NCBI RefSeq assembly: GCF_025965125.1
Contig: NZ_JAOPXM010000187.1
Length of the DNA: 64,000 bases
Source: Nocardioides sp.
GTDB taxonomy: Bacteria; Actinomycetota; Actinomycetes; Propionibacteriales; Nocardioidaceae
Direction: 5' to 3' (one strand)
Within the stretch, counting starts at the first letter, position 1, and the number at the start of each line of letters is the position of its first letter. Below, piece by piece: positions 54,036 through 61,457 of the stretch. The translations under genes were made by a program, and so were the position numbers. The notes beneath the pieces were generated by a model, which was not told the origin of the DNA, ran no database searches, and saw only the letters and a list, made by a program, of their open reading frames with translations.

Positions 54036-54260
54036 TCAGCCGCTCACGAGGTCGAACTCGTTGCCTTCAGGGTCGGCGAAGGTGATCCAGTGCGCTTGGC
54101 CGGTGATGGTGTTCACGACGGTGGCGCCCAGGTTGATCAGTCGTTCTGCTTCGCCATCGATGTCGGTGGTGATGAGGTCGAGGTGGACGCGCAGAGAACT
54201 TCCACCGAGCCCACGACGGAGTGTCCGAGATCCCGCATAAACGAGAAGGGGGCAGTTCAT
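54036..54260 (-). pseudogene. 5'-truncated VOC (glyoxalase-like) family gene fragment
   Basis: Only about 55 C-terminal residues look VOC-like (RVHLDLITTDIDGEAERLINLGATVV...WITFADPEGNEFDLV), whereas intact family members are roughly 115-130 aa. I see no N-terminal half in any frame before tRNA-Phe. Confidence 0.5.
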
Positions 54261-54394
54261 AGTCGATGCCGGTCGTCACACGGCGATGTCGCCGCCGTGG
54301 AGATGGTCGCAAGGGAGCGGAGATGACAGAGGCCGCGTCACCGACTGGCTACCGGACTCGCCGATCTACCAGCCGAAACGCGGCCTCTTGCTCG

Positions 54395-54468
54395 TGGGCA
54401 GGGGCGGGGTCGAACCGCCGACCTTCCACTTTTCAGGCGGACGCTCGTACCAACTGAGCTACCTGCCC
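54395..54468 (-). tRNA. tRNA-Phe (anticodon GAA)
   Basis: The cloverleaf was folded by hand: acceptor GGGCAGG/CCTGCCC, anticodon loop CTGAAAA, T-arm GGCGG-TTCGACC-CCGCC. 74 nt, CCA not encoded. Confidence 0.9.
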
Positions 54469-54515
54469 GAGCGACCGAAACCTTACATGGAGTGGTTGGG
54501 TGCCGCCGAATCGCC

Positions 54516-54986
54516 TCAGGCCGGCTCGCGACCGGGTGGGAAGCCACCGGTCGCGATGGGGCCCCAGTCCTCGACGGTGATGCGGATCAGGGACTTTCCC
54601 TGGCGCCGCATTGCCTGTCGGTACTCGTCCCAGTCCGGGTGTTCGCCCGAGATGCAGCGGAAGTATTCGACCAGGCCCTCCTCGGCCTCGGGCGAGGGCA
54701 TGTCCAGCACCTCGGCGGTCCCGTCGACCTGGACGTAGGCGCCGTCCCAGTCGTCGGAGTGGACGAGGACGGACGCCGCCGGGTTGCGTCGCAGGTTCTG
54801 CACCTTCGCGCGCTCGGGGTACGACGAGATGACGATCCGGCCGTCGCTGTCGACGCCTCCGGCGACCGGGGACAGCTGGGGTCGGCCGTCGCGGCGGTGG
54901 GTGACGAGGGTGAGCTGGTGTCGGGTGCGGGCGAAGTCGAGAAGCGCCTCGCGGTCGACCCGCTGGGCGTGCGCAATGGTGGCCAT
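54516..54986 (-). CDS. PPOX-class (pyridoxamine 5'-phosphate oxidase-like) probable F420-dependent oxidoreductase
   Basis: 156 aa. 'LTLVTHRRDGRPQLSPV...KVQNLRRNPAASVLV' is typical of the PPOX split-barrel family. Confidence 0.7.
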   Translation of the reverse strand: MATIAHAQRVDREALLDFARTRHQLTLVTHRRDGRPQLSPVAGGVDSDGRIVISSYPERAKVQNLRRNPAASVLVHSDDWDGAYVQVDGTAEVLDMPSPEAEEGLVEYFRCISGEHPDWDEYRQAMRRQGKSLIRITVEDWGPIATGGFPPGREPA

Positions 54987-54995
54987 GCCAGCAGT

Positions 54996-55847
54996 CTAGA
55001 AAGCCTGCGGTGACTCCGAGCCGGTGAGGAAGGCGCCCAGCTCGCGGGCCACGGCCTCCGGCTGGTCGAGCATCGAGAGCACGTAGGCGTCGGGGATCTC
55101 GACGAGTCGACCACCGGGTATCAGGTCGGCGAGGCGCCGCCCGTGCGCCGGTGGCATGACCTTGTTCTCGGGTGACCAGAGCACGAGGGCGTCGCCGGTG
55201 AACCCGGCGAGCGCCTCGGTGTCGGCGATCAGGGCGGCCGGGTCGAACTTCTCCCGGGCGTACTTCCGCAGATCACGGCGTACGTCGCTGTTCCCCAGCG
55301 CCGGATCCGTCCAGCCGCGGACCAGCGCGTCCGACAACGGGTACTTCGCCATCTGGCCGAAAAGCAGGGGCGTACGACGCAGCCAGCCGATCCGCAGCTG
55401 CCGCGCGGCCAGTGCGATGCCGCCGGGCAGGCGGGCCGCGAGCGCCGCCATCTTCCCCGGCAACCCGGGTGGGAAGTTGTCGAAGGCCTCGCTCGGTAGC
55501 ACCACCAGGCGGCCGACCCGCTCGTCGAGGCCGCGTGCGGTGAGGAACAGCGCGCCGCCCCAGTCGGTGTGGACGAGCGTGACGTCCCGGAGGTCGAGCG
55601 CGGCGAGCAGCTCGGCCACGAGCCGAACCAGGCCGGCCAGGGAGAGGTCTGCGTCCGGCTTCATCGGCAGCCGGTGCCCGCCGAGGGGCAGGACCGGCCG
55701 CAGGTAGCGGAACCCCGACGGCAGCAGCGGCAGCACCTCGTCCCACTGGGTGTGGTTCATCAGCAGGCCGTGCAGCAGCACCACCGGCGGACCGACACCG
55801 GTCTCGTCGTACTCCAGCACGCCCGCGGACAGGTCGATCGTGCGCAT
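54996..55847 (-). CDS. alpha/beta hydrolase (haloalkane dehalogenase/epoxide hydrolase-like, Asp nucleophile)
   Basis: 'PVVLLHGLLMNHTQW' and 'LVHTDWGGALF' (HDWGG-type nucleophile elbow). Confidence 0.7.
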   Translation of the reverse strand: MRTIDLSAGVLEYDETGVGPPVVLLHGLLMNHTQWDEVLPLLPSGFRYLRPVLPLGGHRLPMKPDADLSLAGLVRLVAELLAALDLRDVTLVHTDWGGALFLTARGLDERVGRLVVLPSEAFDNFPPGLPGKMAALAARLPGGIALAARQLRIGWLRRTPLLFGQMAKYPLSDALVRGWTDPALGNSDVRRDLRKYAREKFDPAALIADTEALAGFTGDALVLWSPENKVMPPAHGRRLADLIPGGRLVEIPDAYVLSMLDQPEAVARELGAFLTGSESPQAF

Positions 55848-55858
55848 GGCACCTCCGA

Positions 55859-55890
55859 ATAGAACGATCGCTCTAGAGCGATCGTTCTAT
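55859..55890. promoter_or_regulatory. perfect 32-bp palindrome ATAGAACGATCGCTCT|AGAGCGATCGTTCTAT, candidate TetR operator
   Basis: Verified by hand. It lies between the divergent hydrolase (start 55847) and TetR (start 55900) genes and overlaps the candidate -10 TATCAT (55888-55893). Confidence 0.65.
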
Positions 55891-55899
55891 CATGCTCGG

Positions 55900-56484
55900 G
55901 TGCGTACCGACGAACGGATAGTCCAGGCGATGGCCGAGCTCCTGCGTGTGCAGGGCTACGGCGCCACGGGTGTCAAGCAGGTGGCCGCTGCCGCGCAGGC
56001 ACCGATCGGGTCGATCTACCACCACTTCCCCGGCGGCAAACGCGAGATTGCCGCCGCCGTGCTCCGCACCACCGGTGCCGCGTACATCCAGCTGGTGCCC
56101 TTGCTCCTGGATCCCTACGACGACCTGGTCGCCGGCGTCGGGGCTTTCTTCGAGGCTGCGGCCGACGACATGGAGAACACCGGCTGGGCCAACATGTGCC
56201 CGGTCGGCACGGTCACCGGTGAGGTCGCCGACAGCGAGCCCGGCATCCGCGCGGTCGCCGCCGAGGTGATCGGCTCGTGGGTGGACGACGCGTCCGCCTA
56301 CCTCGTCGGTCGCGGCGTGGCCGACCCCGACGCCCGGGCCGTCGTGTTCGCCATGCTGGGCTCACTCGAGGGAGCGTTCATCCTCAGTCGCGGACTGCGC
56401 TCCTCGGAGCCGTTGCGCGCGGCCGGCCGGGCGATGGCGGCGTACGTCGCCACGGTCCCACAGGGTGCCCCGGCCCGCTCGTGA
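55900..56484 (+). CDS. TetR/AcrR family transcriptional regulator
   Basis: 'IVQAMAELLRVQGYGATGVKQVAAAAQAPIGSIYHHFPGGKREI' is a TetR HTH. The start was trimmed to the GTG at 55900 (TATCAT-N6-GTG). Confidence 0.82.
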   Translation: MRTDERIVQAMAELLRVQGYGATGVKQVAAAAQAPIGSIYHHFPGGKREIAAAVLRTTGAAYIQLVPLLLDPYDDLVAGVGAFFEAAADDMENTGWANMCPVGTVTGEVADSEPGIRAVAAEVIGSWVDDASAYLVGRGVADPDARAVVFAMLGSLEGAFILSRGLRSSEPLRAAGRAMAAYVATVPQGAPARS

Positions 56485-56543
56485 GGGTGACCGACCGCTT
56501 TGGAGCCTGATCCGGGCCGCCTCTATGCTGTCCGGGCAGTCCG

Positions 56544-56616
56544 GCCCCCATCGTCTAGCGGCCTAGGACGTCGCCCTTTCACGGCGGTAGCACGGGTTCG
56601 AATCCCGTTGGGGGTG
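56544..56616 (+). tRNA. tRNA-Glu (anticodon TTC)
   Basis: Hand-folded: acceptor GCCCCCA/TGGGGGT, anticodon loop CTTTCAC, T-arm ACGGG-TTCGAAT-CCCGT. 73 nt. Confidence 0.9.
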
Positions 56617-56719
56617 CGATCTCGAGGTCCGTCCCGCGACGCCGCTCCCGATTGGGAGTCACCCGCGGCGATGGGTTAGAGTTCCAGCGCTTCGCAAGTA
56701 CGTGTGTGGAAGCAAACCT

Positions 56720-56796
56720 GGCCCCGTAGCGCAGTTGGTTAGCGCGCCGCCCTGTCACGGCGGAGGCCGCGGGTTCGAGTCCCGTCGGGGTCGCCA
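56720..56796 (+). tRNA. tRNA-Asp (anticodon GTC), CCA encoded
   Basis: Hand-folded: acceptor GGCCCCG/CGGGGTC, anticodon loop CTGTCAC, T-arm GCGGG-TTCGAGT-CCCGT. 3' end is GCCA. Confidence 0.9.
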
Positions 56797-56850
56797 ACGA
56801 GCGCTCCGGATCATCGCGATCCGGGGCGCTTTGTGCGGTGAGACCACAAT

Positions 56851-57213
56851 GTGGCCGTGCCCCTCGACATGGACCCAGCTGCCTTCGACGCGCTCGTCGA
56901 CCGCGCTCTTGACGGGATCCCCGACGAGCTCGCAGCCCTGGTGCGCAACGTCGTGGTCCTGGTCGAGGCGGAGCCCCCGGAGGACGAACCTGACGACCTC
57001 CTCGGGCTGTACGACGGCATCGCCCTCACCGAGCGGTGGGGCGACCCGACGTTGCAGCTGCCGGACCGAATCTTCATCTTCCGAGGTCCGCTGCTCGACA
57101 TGTGCGAGACCGAGAAGCAGCTGCTCGAGGAAGTGCGGATCACGGTCGTCCACGAGATCGCGCACCACTTCGGCATCGACGACGACCGTCTGCACGACCT
57201 CGGCTACGCCTGA
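56851..57213 (+). CDS. zincin-like metallopeptidase family protein (DUF1025-like)
   Basis: 120 aa with the 'VVHEIAHHFG' HExxH motif near the C-terminus. Confidence 0.7.
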   Translation: MAVPLDMDPAAFDALVDRALDGIPDELAALVRNVVVLVEAEPPEDEPDDLLGLYDGIALTERWGDPTLQLPDRIFIFRGPLLDMCETEKQLLEEVRITVVHEIAHHFGIDDDRLHDLGYA

Positions 57214-57536
57214 CTGCCCGCCACGAACCCGAGGGCGCAGGCGCCGAGCCCCAGGCCGATCGTCAGCAGGGCGTACGCCGTCCCGAGCCGGGGCCCCTGC
57301 TGCTGGGTCTGGACCGCGAACGCGGAGTACGTCGTGAAGCCGCCGCACAGGCCGGTGCCGAGCAGGGCCAGTGTGTGCTCGCTCAGCGACAGCGCCGAGA
57401 GCAGGCCGAGCAGGAAGGAGCCGGCCACGTTGACCAGCAGCGTTCCCCACGGCAGTCCCGCGTCGAGACGGCGCGCGATCAGGAACCTCAGGGGGGCTCC
57501 GACCGCGGCCCCCGCCATCACCAGGAGCGCGGTCAC
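57204..57536 (-). CDS. crcB: fluoride channel CrcB/FEX family protein (second copy)
   Basis: About 110 aa with 4 TM. 'GAPLRFLIARRL...WGTLLVNVAGSFLLG...GLCGGFTTYSAF' is typical of CrcB. The GTG overlaps the upstream stop (GTGA). Confidence 0.85.
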   Translation of the reverse strand: MTALLVMAGAAVGAPLRFLIARRLDAGLPWGTLLVNVAGSFLLGLLSALSLSEHTLALLGTGLCGGFTTYSAFAVQTQQQGPRLGTAYALLTIGLGLGACALGFVAGSQA

Positions 57537-57952
57537 TCGTCGCCGCCTTCGGCGGCGAACTCGGCTCGCGCTGCCGGGGCCGACCAGTGATTGGCGATGG
57601 TGGCGGCCACGAGACACGCGGCCAGGGTGCCGAGCAGGTACGCCCCCGCCAGCGTCGTACGGCCATCACCCAGCAGCGACCTGGACTGCTCGGCGTACGC
57701 AGACAGCGTGGTGAAGCCGCCGAGGAGCCCGGGTCCCGCGGCGACGGCAAGGGTCTGGCTACGGCGGATCGCCGCCCACGCCGGCAGCAGGGCGAGCGTG
57801 AGCGAGCCGACCACGTTGATGCCGAACGTGGTCCACGGGAACCCCGACCCGTCCGGCACCGCCTGGCCCAGCGACCAACGCATCAGGGCGCCCACGGCGC
57901 CCCCGGCCGCCACCGCGAGCAGCAGCCGCGGCAGCGGAGCAGGTGCGGTCAC
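57533..57952 (-). CDS. crcB: fluoride channel CrcB/FEX family protein (first copy)
   Basis: 'GGAVGALMRWSL...TFGINVVGSLTLA...GLLGGFTTLSAY'. The GTG at 57952 overlaps the stop of the upstream gene (GTGA). Confidence 0.85.
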   Translation of the reverse strand: MTAPAPLPRLLLAVAAGGAVGALMRWSLGQAVPDGSGFPWTTFGINVVGSLTLALLPAWAAIRRSQTLAVAAGPGLLGGFTTLSAYAEQSRSLLGDGRTTLAGAYLLGTLAACLVAATIANHWSAPAARAEFAAEGGDE

Positions 57953-58887
57953 TGCACGGTGCTCTGGTGCTCGGGCGCGCCGGACTCGCTCCACTCGAGC
58001 GGGGGCTTGCCGTTGCCCTGGCGGACCAGCTCGCCGAGGAACCAGCGCTGGAAGTGCTGCTGCTCGGGCGTCCGTGCCAGCGAGAGCAGCCGCTCCTGGC
58101 GGCAGAACTCGTCCGCGAGGTCCAGCAGGCGGATGAAGCGGTCGACGGTGCTGGCGGCATCCCGAGGGGTCAGCAGGTGCAGGACCGCCGTCTCCGCCCC
58201 GGAGGCCAGGGCGGCCTCGATCTCGGGCATCCCGATACCTTCTCGCAGGTGCCCCTCCAGGGAGCCGAAGAGGTCCGACAGGCTCTTGGCCAGCGGGTAG
58301 TCGGCCTCGTGCGCCAGCGCCAGCAGCCGCACCTCCCGGCGCAGCTCGCGGTGGTGCCGCTGGAAGGCGAGGTAGGTCGCCGGGGGTACGCCACGGATCT
58401 CGATCGCAATGAGGTCCTCGTCGGCGGTGCGCCGGGCCGACAGGTCTTCGTCCTGGCCCGTGATGACGCCCTCGGTGCCCTCATCCTCGGCGAACGAGGC
58501 GGCGGGGGTGAACCAGACGATCTTGCCGTCCTCCTCGATCTCGGCTCCCCAGGCGTCGGAGCTGCGCGCCACGATGCTGAGCCCGCGTCCGAACGTCAGC
58601 AACAGGTCGTCGTCGTCGTCGGGATGGGTGACGGGCATCGCCGGTCGCTCGGTGGAGCCGTCTCGGACCTCGACCCGCGGATGCTCACGGGTGCCACGGA
58701 CCCGGACGTGGATCGGAGGGTCGCCGTGCAGCAGCGCGTTGGTGACCACCTCGGAGACCGCCAGCTCCGCGCACTCGACCAGCTCGGAGCGCCCGATGTC
58801 GATGCACGTCGCGACCACCCACCGGCGTGCGTCTTGCACGCCGCGCGGACCAGGGCCCAACGAGAGGGCAGGCCGATTGAGGGGCAC
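57949..58887 (-). CDS. ATP-binding protein with N-terminal HATPase_c (RsbW/anti-sigma kinase-like) domain and unknown C-terminal domain
   Basis: 'ARRWVVATCIDIGRSELVECAELAVSEVVTNALLHG...RVEVRDGS...GRGLSIV' is like the GHKL N- and G-boxes. The C-terminal 170 aa are unassigned. Confidence 0.6.
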   Translation of the reverse strand: MPLNRPALSLGPGPRGVQDARRWVVATCIDIGRSELVECAELAVSEVVTNALLHGDPPIHVRVRGTREHPRVEVRDGSTERPAMPVTHPDDDDDLLLTFGRGLSIVARSSDAWGAEIEEDGKIVWFTPAASFAEDEGTEGVITGQDEDLSARRTADEDLIAIEIRGVPPATYLAFQRHHRELRREVRLLALAHEADYPLAKSLSDLFGSLEGHLREGIGMPEIEAALASGAETAVLHLLTPRDAASTVDRFIRLLDLADEFCRQERLLSLARTPEQQHFQRWFLGELVRQGNGKPPLEWSESGAPEHQSTVQ

Positions 58888-59175
58888 AGGTGCTCCAGGA
58901 GCAAGGTCAAGCCGAGAGAGGGTCAGGTCAGGCCATTCTCGGCTCGTTTACCCTCCGCATCGGGTAGGCAAACGTCGTGTCTCAGCAAACCTTCGCTACC
59001 GGATCCGAAGGTCGAGGTGCAGATCAGCCACGAGATCCGTGGCGGCGGGCTCGCCACGGCATGTGACCGAGCAGACGGGGCACCGGATTGGTCATCGCGC
59101 ACGGCACCGCAGGACAATGGAGCCACGGGATCCGCATCCCCGCGTGATCCACTCCGCCACGGAAGGGTTTTCGCC

Positions 59176-60687
59176 ATGGCAGCCCCGCACACAGCGAACG
59201 ATCGGCACCGGGTCGTCGTGATCGGCTCCGGTTTCGGAGGGCTCTTCGGCACCAAGGCGCTGCGCCGCAGTGACGTGGGCGTCACGATGCTCGCCAAGAC
59301 GACCCACCACCTGTTCCAGCCGCTGCTCTACCAGGTGGCGACGGGCATCCTCTCCGAGGGAGAGATCGCGCCCCCGACGCGCGAGGTGCTCAGCGCTCAG
59401 CAGAACGCGCAGGTCCTGCTCGGCGAGGTGACGGCCATCGACCTCGAGAAGCGGGTGGTGACCTCGCACGTCCTCAGCCGGGAGACCGAGACGCCGTACG
59501 ACTCGCTGATCGTCGCCGCCGGAGCAGGCCAGTCGTACTTCGGCAATGACGAGTTCGCCGAGTTCGCGCCCGGCATGAAGAGCATCGACGACGCCCTCGA
59601 GCTGCGCGGCCGCATCTTCGGAGCCTTCGAGATGGCCGAGCTCGGTGCCAACCGCGGCGAGAACGTCGACCACCTGCTGACGTTCGTCGTCGTGGGCGCC
59701 GGTCCCACGGGCGTCGAGATGGCCGGTCAGATCGCGGAGCTCGCGCACCGGACGCTGAAGCGCGACTTCCGGGCGATCAACACCCGCACCGCACGCGTCG
59801 TCCTCCTCGACGCCGCCCCCCAGGTGCTGCCGCCGTTCGGTGCGAAGCTCGGTGCCAAGACCAAGCACGAGCTGGAGAAGCTGGGTGTCGAGGTGCTCCT
59901 CGGCGCGATGGTGACCGATGTCGACGAGCGCGGCATCGTCGTGAAGTACAAGGACGGTCGGGTCGAACGGATCGACACCGTCACCAAGATCTGGGCCGCC
60001 GGGGTCCAGGCCAGCCCCCTGAGCCGGACCCTTGCCGAGCAGACCGGTGCGCCTCTGGATCGCGCGGGTCGCATCGGCGTCAACCCGGACCTCACGCTGC
60101 CCGGTCACCCCGAGGTGTTCGTGGTCGGCGACATGATCGCCCTCGACAACTTGCCGGGAGTGGCCCAGGTGGCCATCCAGGGCGCGAAGTACGCCGCCAA
60201 GGAGATCGACGGACGGATCAAGGGACGCCCGCCGCAGAAGCCCTTCAAGTACTTCGACAAGGGCTCGATGGCGACCATCAGCCGCTTCCGCGCCGTGGCG
60301 ATGGTGGGCAGGTTCCGGCTCACGGGCGTGATCGCCTGGCTGATGTGGCTTGCTGTGCACCTCTTCTACATCACCGGCTTCAAGAACCGCGTGACCGCCG
60401 TGCTCCACTGGTTCATCTCGTTCCTCGGACGCGGCCGGTCGGAGCGGACCGCCACCGAACAGCAGATCTTCGCGCGCAATGCCCTCGCCCTCTTGAGGCA
60501 CGGGGCGAGCGACCTGGTGTCCTCACCCGGGGTGTACGACGCTGCAGAGGCGGTGCTGGAGACCAGCCGCCGCGCCGAGCTCGAGGCCAGGGCGCTCGAG
60601 GAGGCTCGGCTCACCGACGAGGGCAAGCGCGGGGTCCCGGTGGACGAGGACAGCGCATCGGACGCCGATGCCGGCCAACGGGTCTGA
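59176..60687 (+). CDS. ndh: type II NADH:quinone oxidoreductase (NDH-2)
   Basis: 'RVVVIGSGFGGL', 'HLFQPLLYQVATG' and 'VVVGAGPTGVEMAGQ' are typical of NDH-2. The start was trimmed to the ATG at 59176. Confidence 0.88.
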   Translation: MAAPHTANDRHRVVVIGSGFGGLFGTKALRRSDVGVTMLAKTTHHLFQPLLYQVATGILSEGEIAPPTREVLSAQQNAQVLLGEVTAIDLEKRVVTSHVLSRETETPYDSLIVAAGAGQSYFGNDEFAEFAPGMKSIDDALELRGRIFGAFEMAELGANRGENVDHLLTFVVVGAGPTGVEMAGQIAELAHRTLKRDFRAINTRTARVVLLDAAPQVLPPFGAKLGAKTKHELEKLGVEVLLGAMVTDVDERGIVVKYKDGRVERIDTVTKIWAAGVQASPLSRTLAEQTGAPLDRAGRIGVNPDLTLPGHPEVFVVGDMIALDNLPGVAQVAIQGAKYAAKEIDGRIKGRPPQKPFKYFDKGSMATISRFRAVAMVGRFRLTGVIAWLMWLAVHLFYITGFKNRVTAVLHWFISFLGRGRSERTATEQQIFARNALALLRHGASDLVSSPGVYDAAEAVLETSRRAELEARALEEARLTDEGKRGVPVDEDSASDADAGQRV

Positions 60688-60699
60688 CCGGCGGCCCGG

Positions 60700-61377
60700 C
60701 TACTCGAAGTAGCTGGGCGTCGGTGTCCCGGGGTCCTGTGCGGCGATGGCCTCGCGGGCCCACCGGGGCAGGATGAACACACCTTCGGCCTCGACGGTGA
60801 CGCCCTTGGGTCCGATGATGTGGCCCTTGGCCCAGGTCTTGATGCCTTCCGAGCGGTCAATCCATGCTTCCGCGCGCAGGTCGCCGAGCGGGGTGCCCTG
60901 GCGGTAGCGCAGCGTCAGCGTGCCGGTCATGCCTGGCTTGCCGCCGGCGCCCGCCGCCTCGCCGAGCATCTGGTCGAGGATCAGCGCGGACACGCCACCG
61001 TGCACCAGCGTCGGGGGACCTTCGTAGGCGGCGCCGAGGTGGAAGTCGGCCCACACGTCGCCGTTGCCGCTCTCGTCGTGCTCGATCACCAGGGGTGGGG
61101 CGGCCGGGTTGCGCAGCCCGACCACGGTGTTTCCCCACGGACGCCCGCGTCCGGTCTGGCCGAACCGCACGCCGTACGGGCCGGGGAGCTGGCTCGCCCG
61201 GAGGCGCGCGGTGATCGCCTCGATCTCCACCTGTGCCCGGCGGATCTCGTCGTCGTCCACGGTCGTGCGGATGGTGACGTCCACGAGCTCTCGGACCGCC
61301 TGTGTGAACGGGCGGTAGAGGTCTGCCTGCTGCGCCAGCTCCTCGGGAGTGATGTCGTCCTGCACGTATCCGGCCAC
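60700..61377 (-). CDS. PaaI-family (hotdog fold) thioesterase-like protein
   Basis: 'LVHGGVSALILDQMLGEA' matches the PaaI/hotdog catalytic region. Confidence 0.6.
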   Translation of the reverse strand: MAGYVQDDITPEELAQQADLYRPFTQAVRELVDVTIRTTVDDDEIRRAQVEIEAITARLRASQLPGPYGVRFGQTGRGRPWGNTVVGLRNPAAPPLVIEHDESGNGDVWADFHLGAAYEGPPTLVHGGVSALILDQMLGEAAGAGGKPGMTGTLTLRYRQGTPLGDLRAEAWIDRSEGIKTWAKGHIIGPKGVTVEAEGVFILPRWAREAIAAQDPGTPTPSYFE

Positions 61378-61457
61378 GCGCGGAGTCTAGAACACGTTCC
61401 AGTTTTGTCTCGAATAACCGGTGGGCCGTGCGGTCCCTGGGCTGGTGCAATGGGGTC

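Noticed and set aside
54286-54738. ORFs running across tRNA genes (54286-54738 + over tRNA-Phe; 56579-56797 - over tRNA-Glu/Asp; 56702-57337 +).
   Set aside because: They overlap hand-folded canonical tRNAs and have non-coding-like composition.
58888-59175. Expected fluoride (crcB-motif) riboswitch upstream of the crcB-containing operon.
   Set aside because: I could not find the conserved elements (for example the …CTGATGA… segment or the paired GGnGA/…CC stems) on the coding strand by eye. Infernal is needed for a definitive negative.
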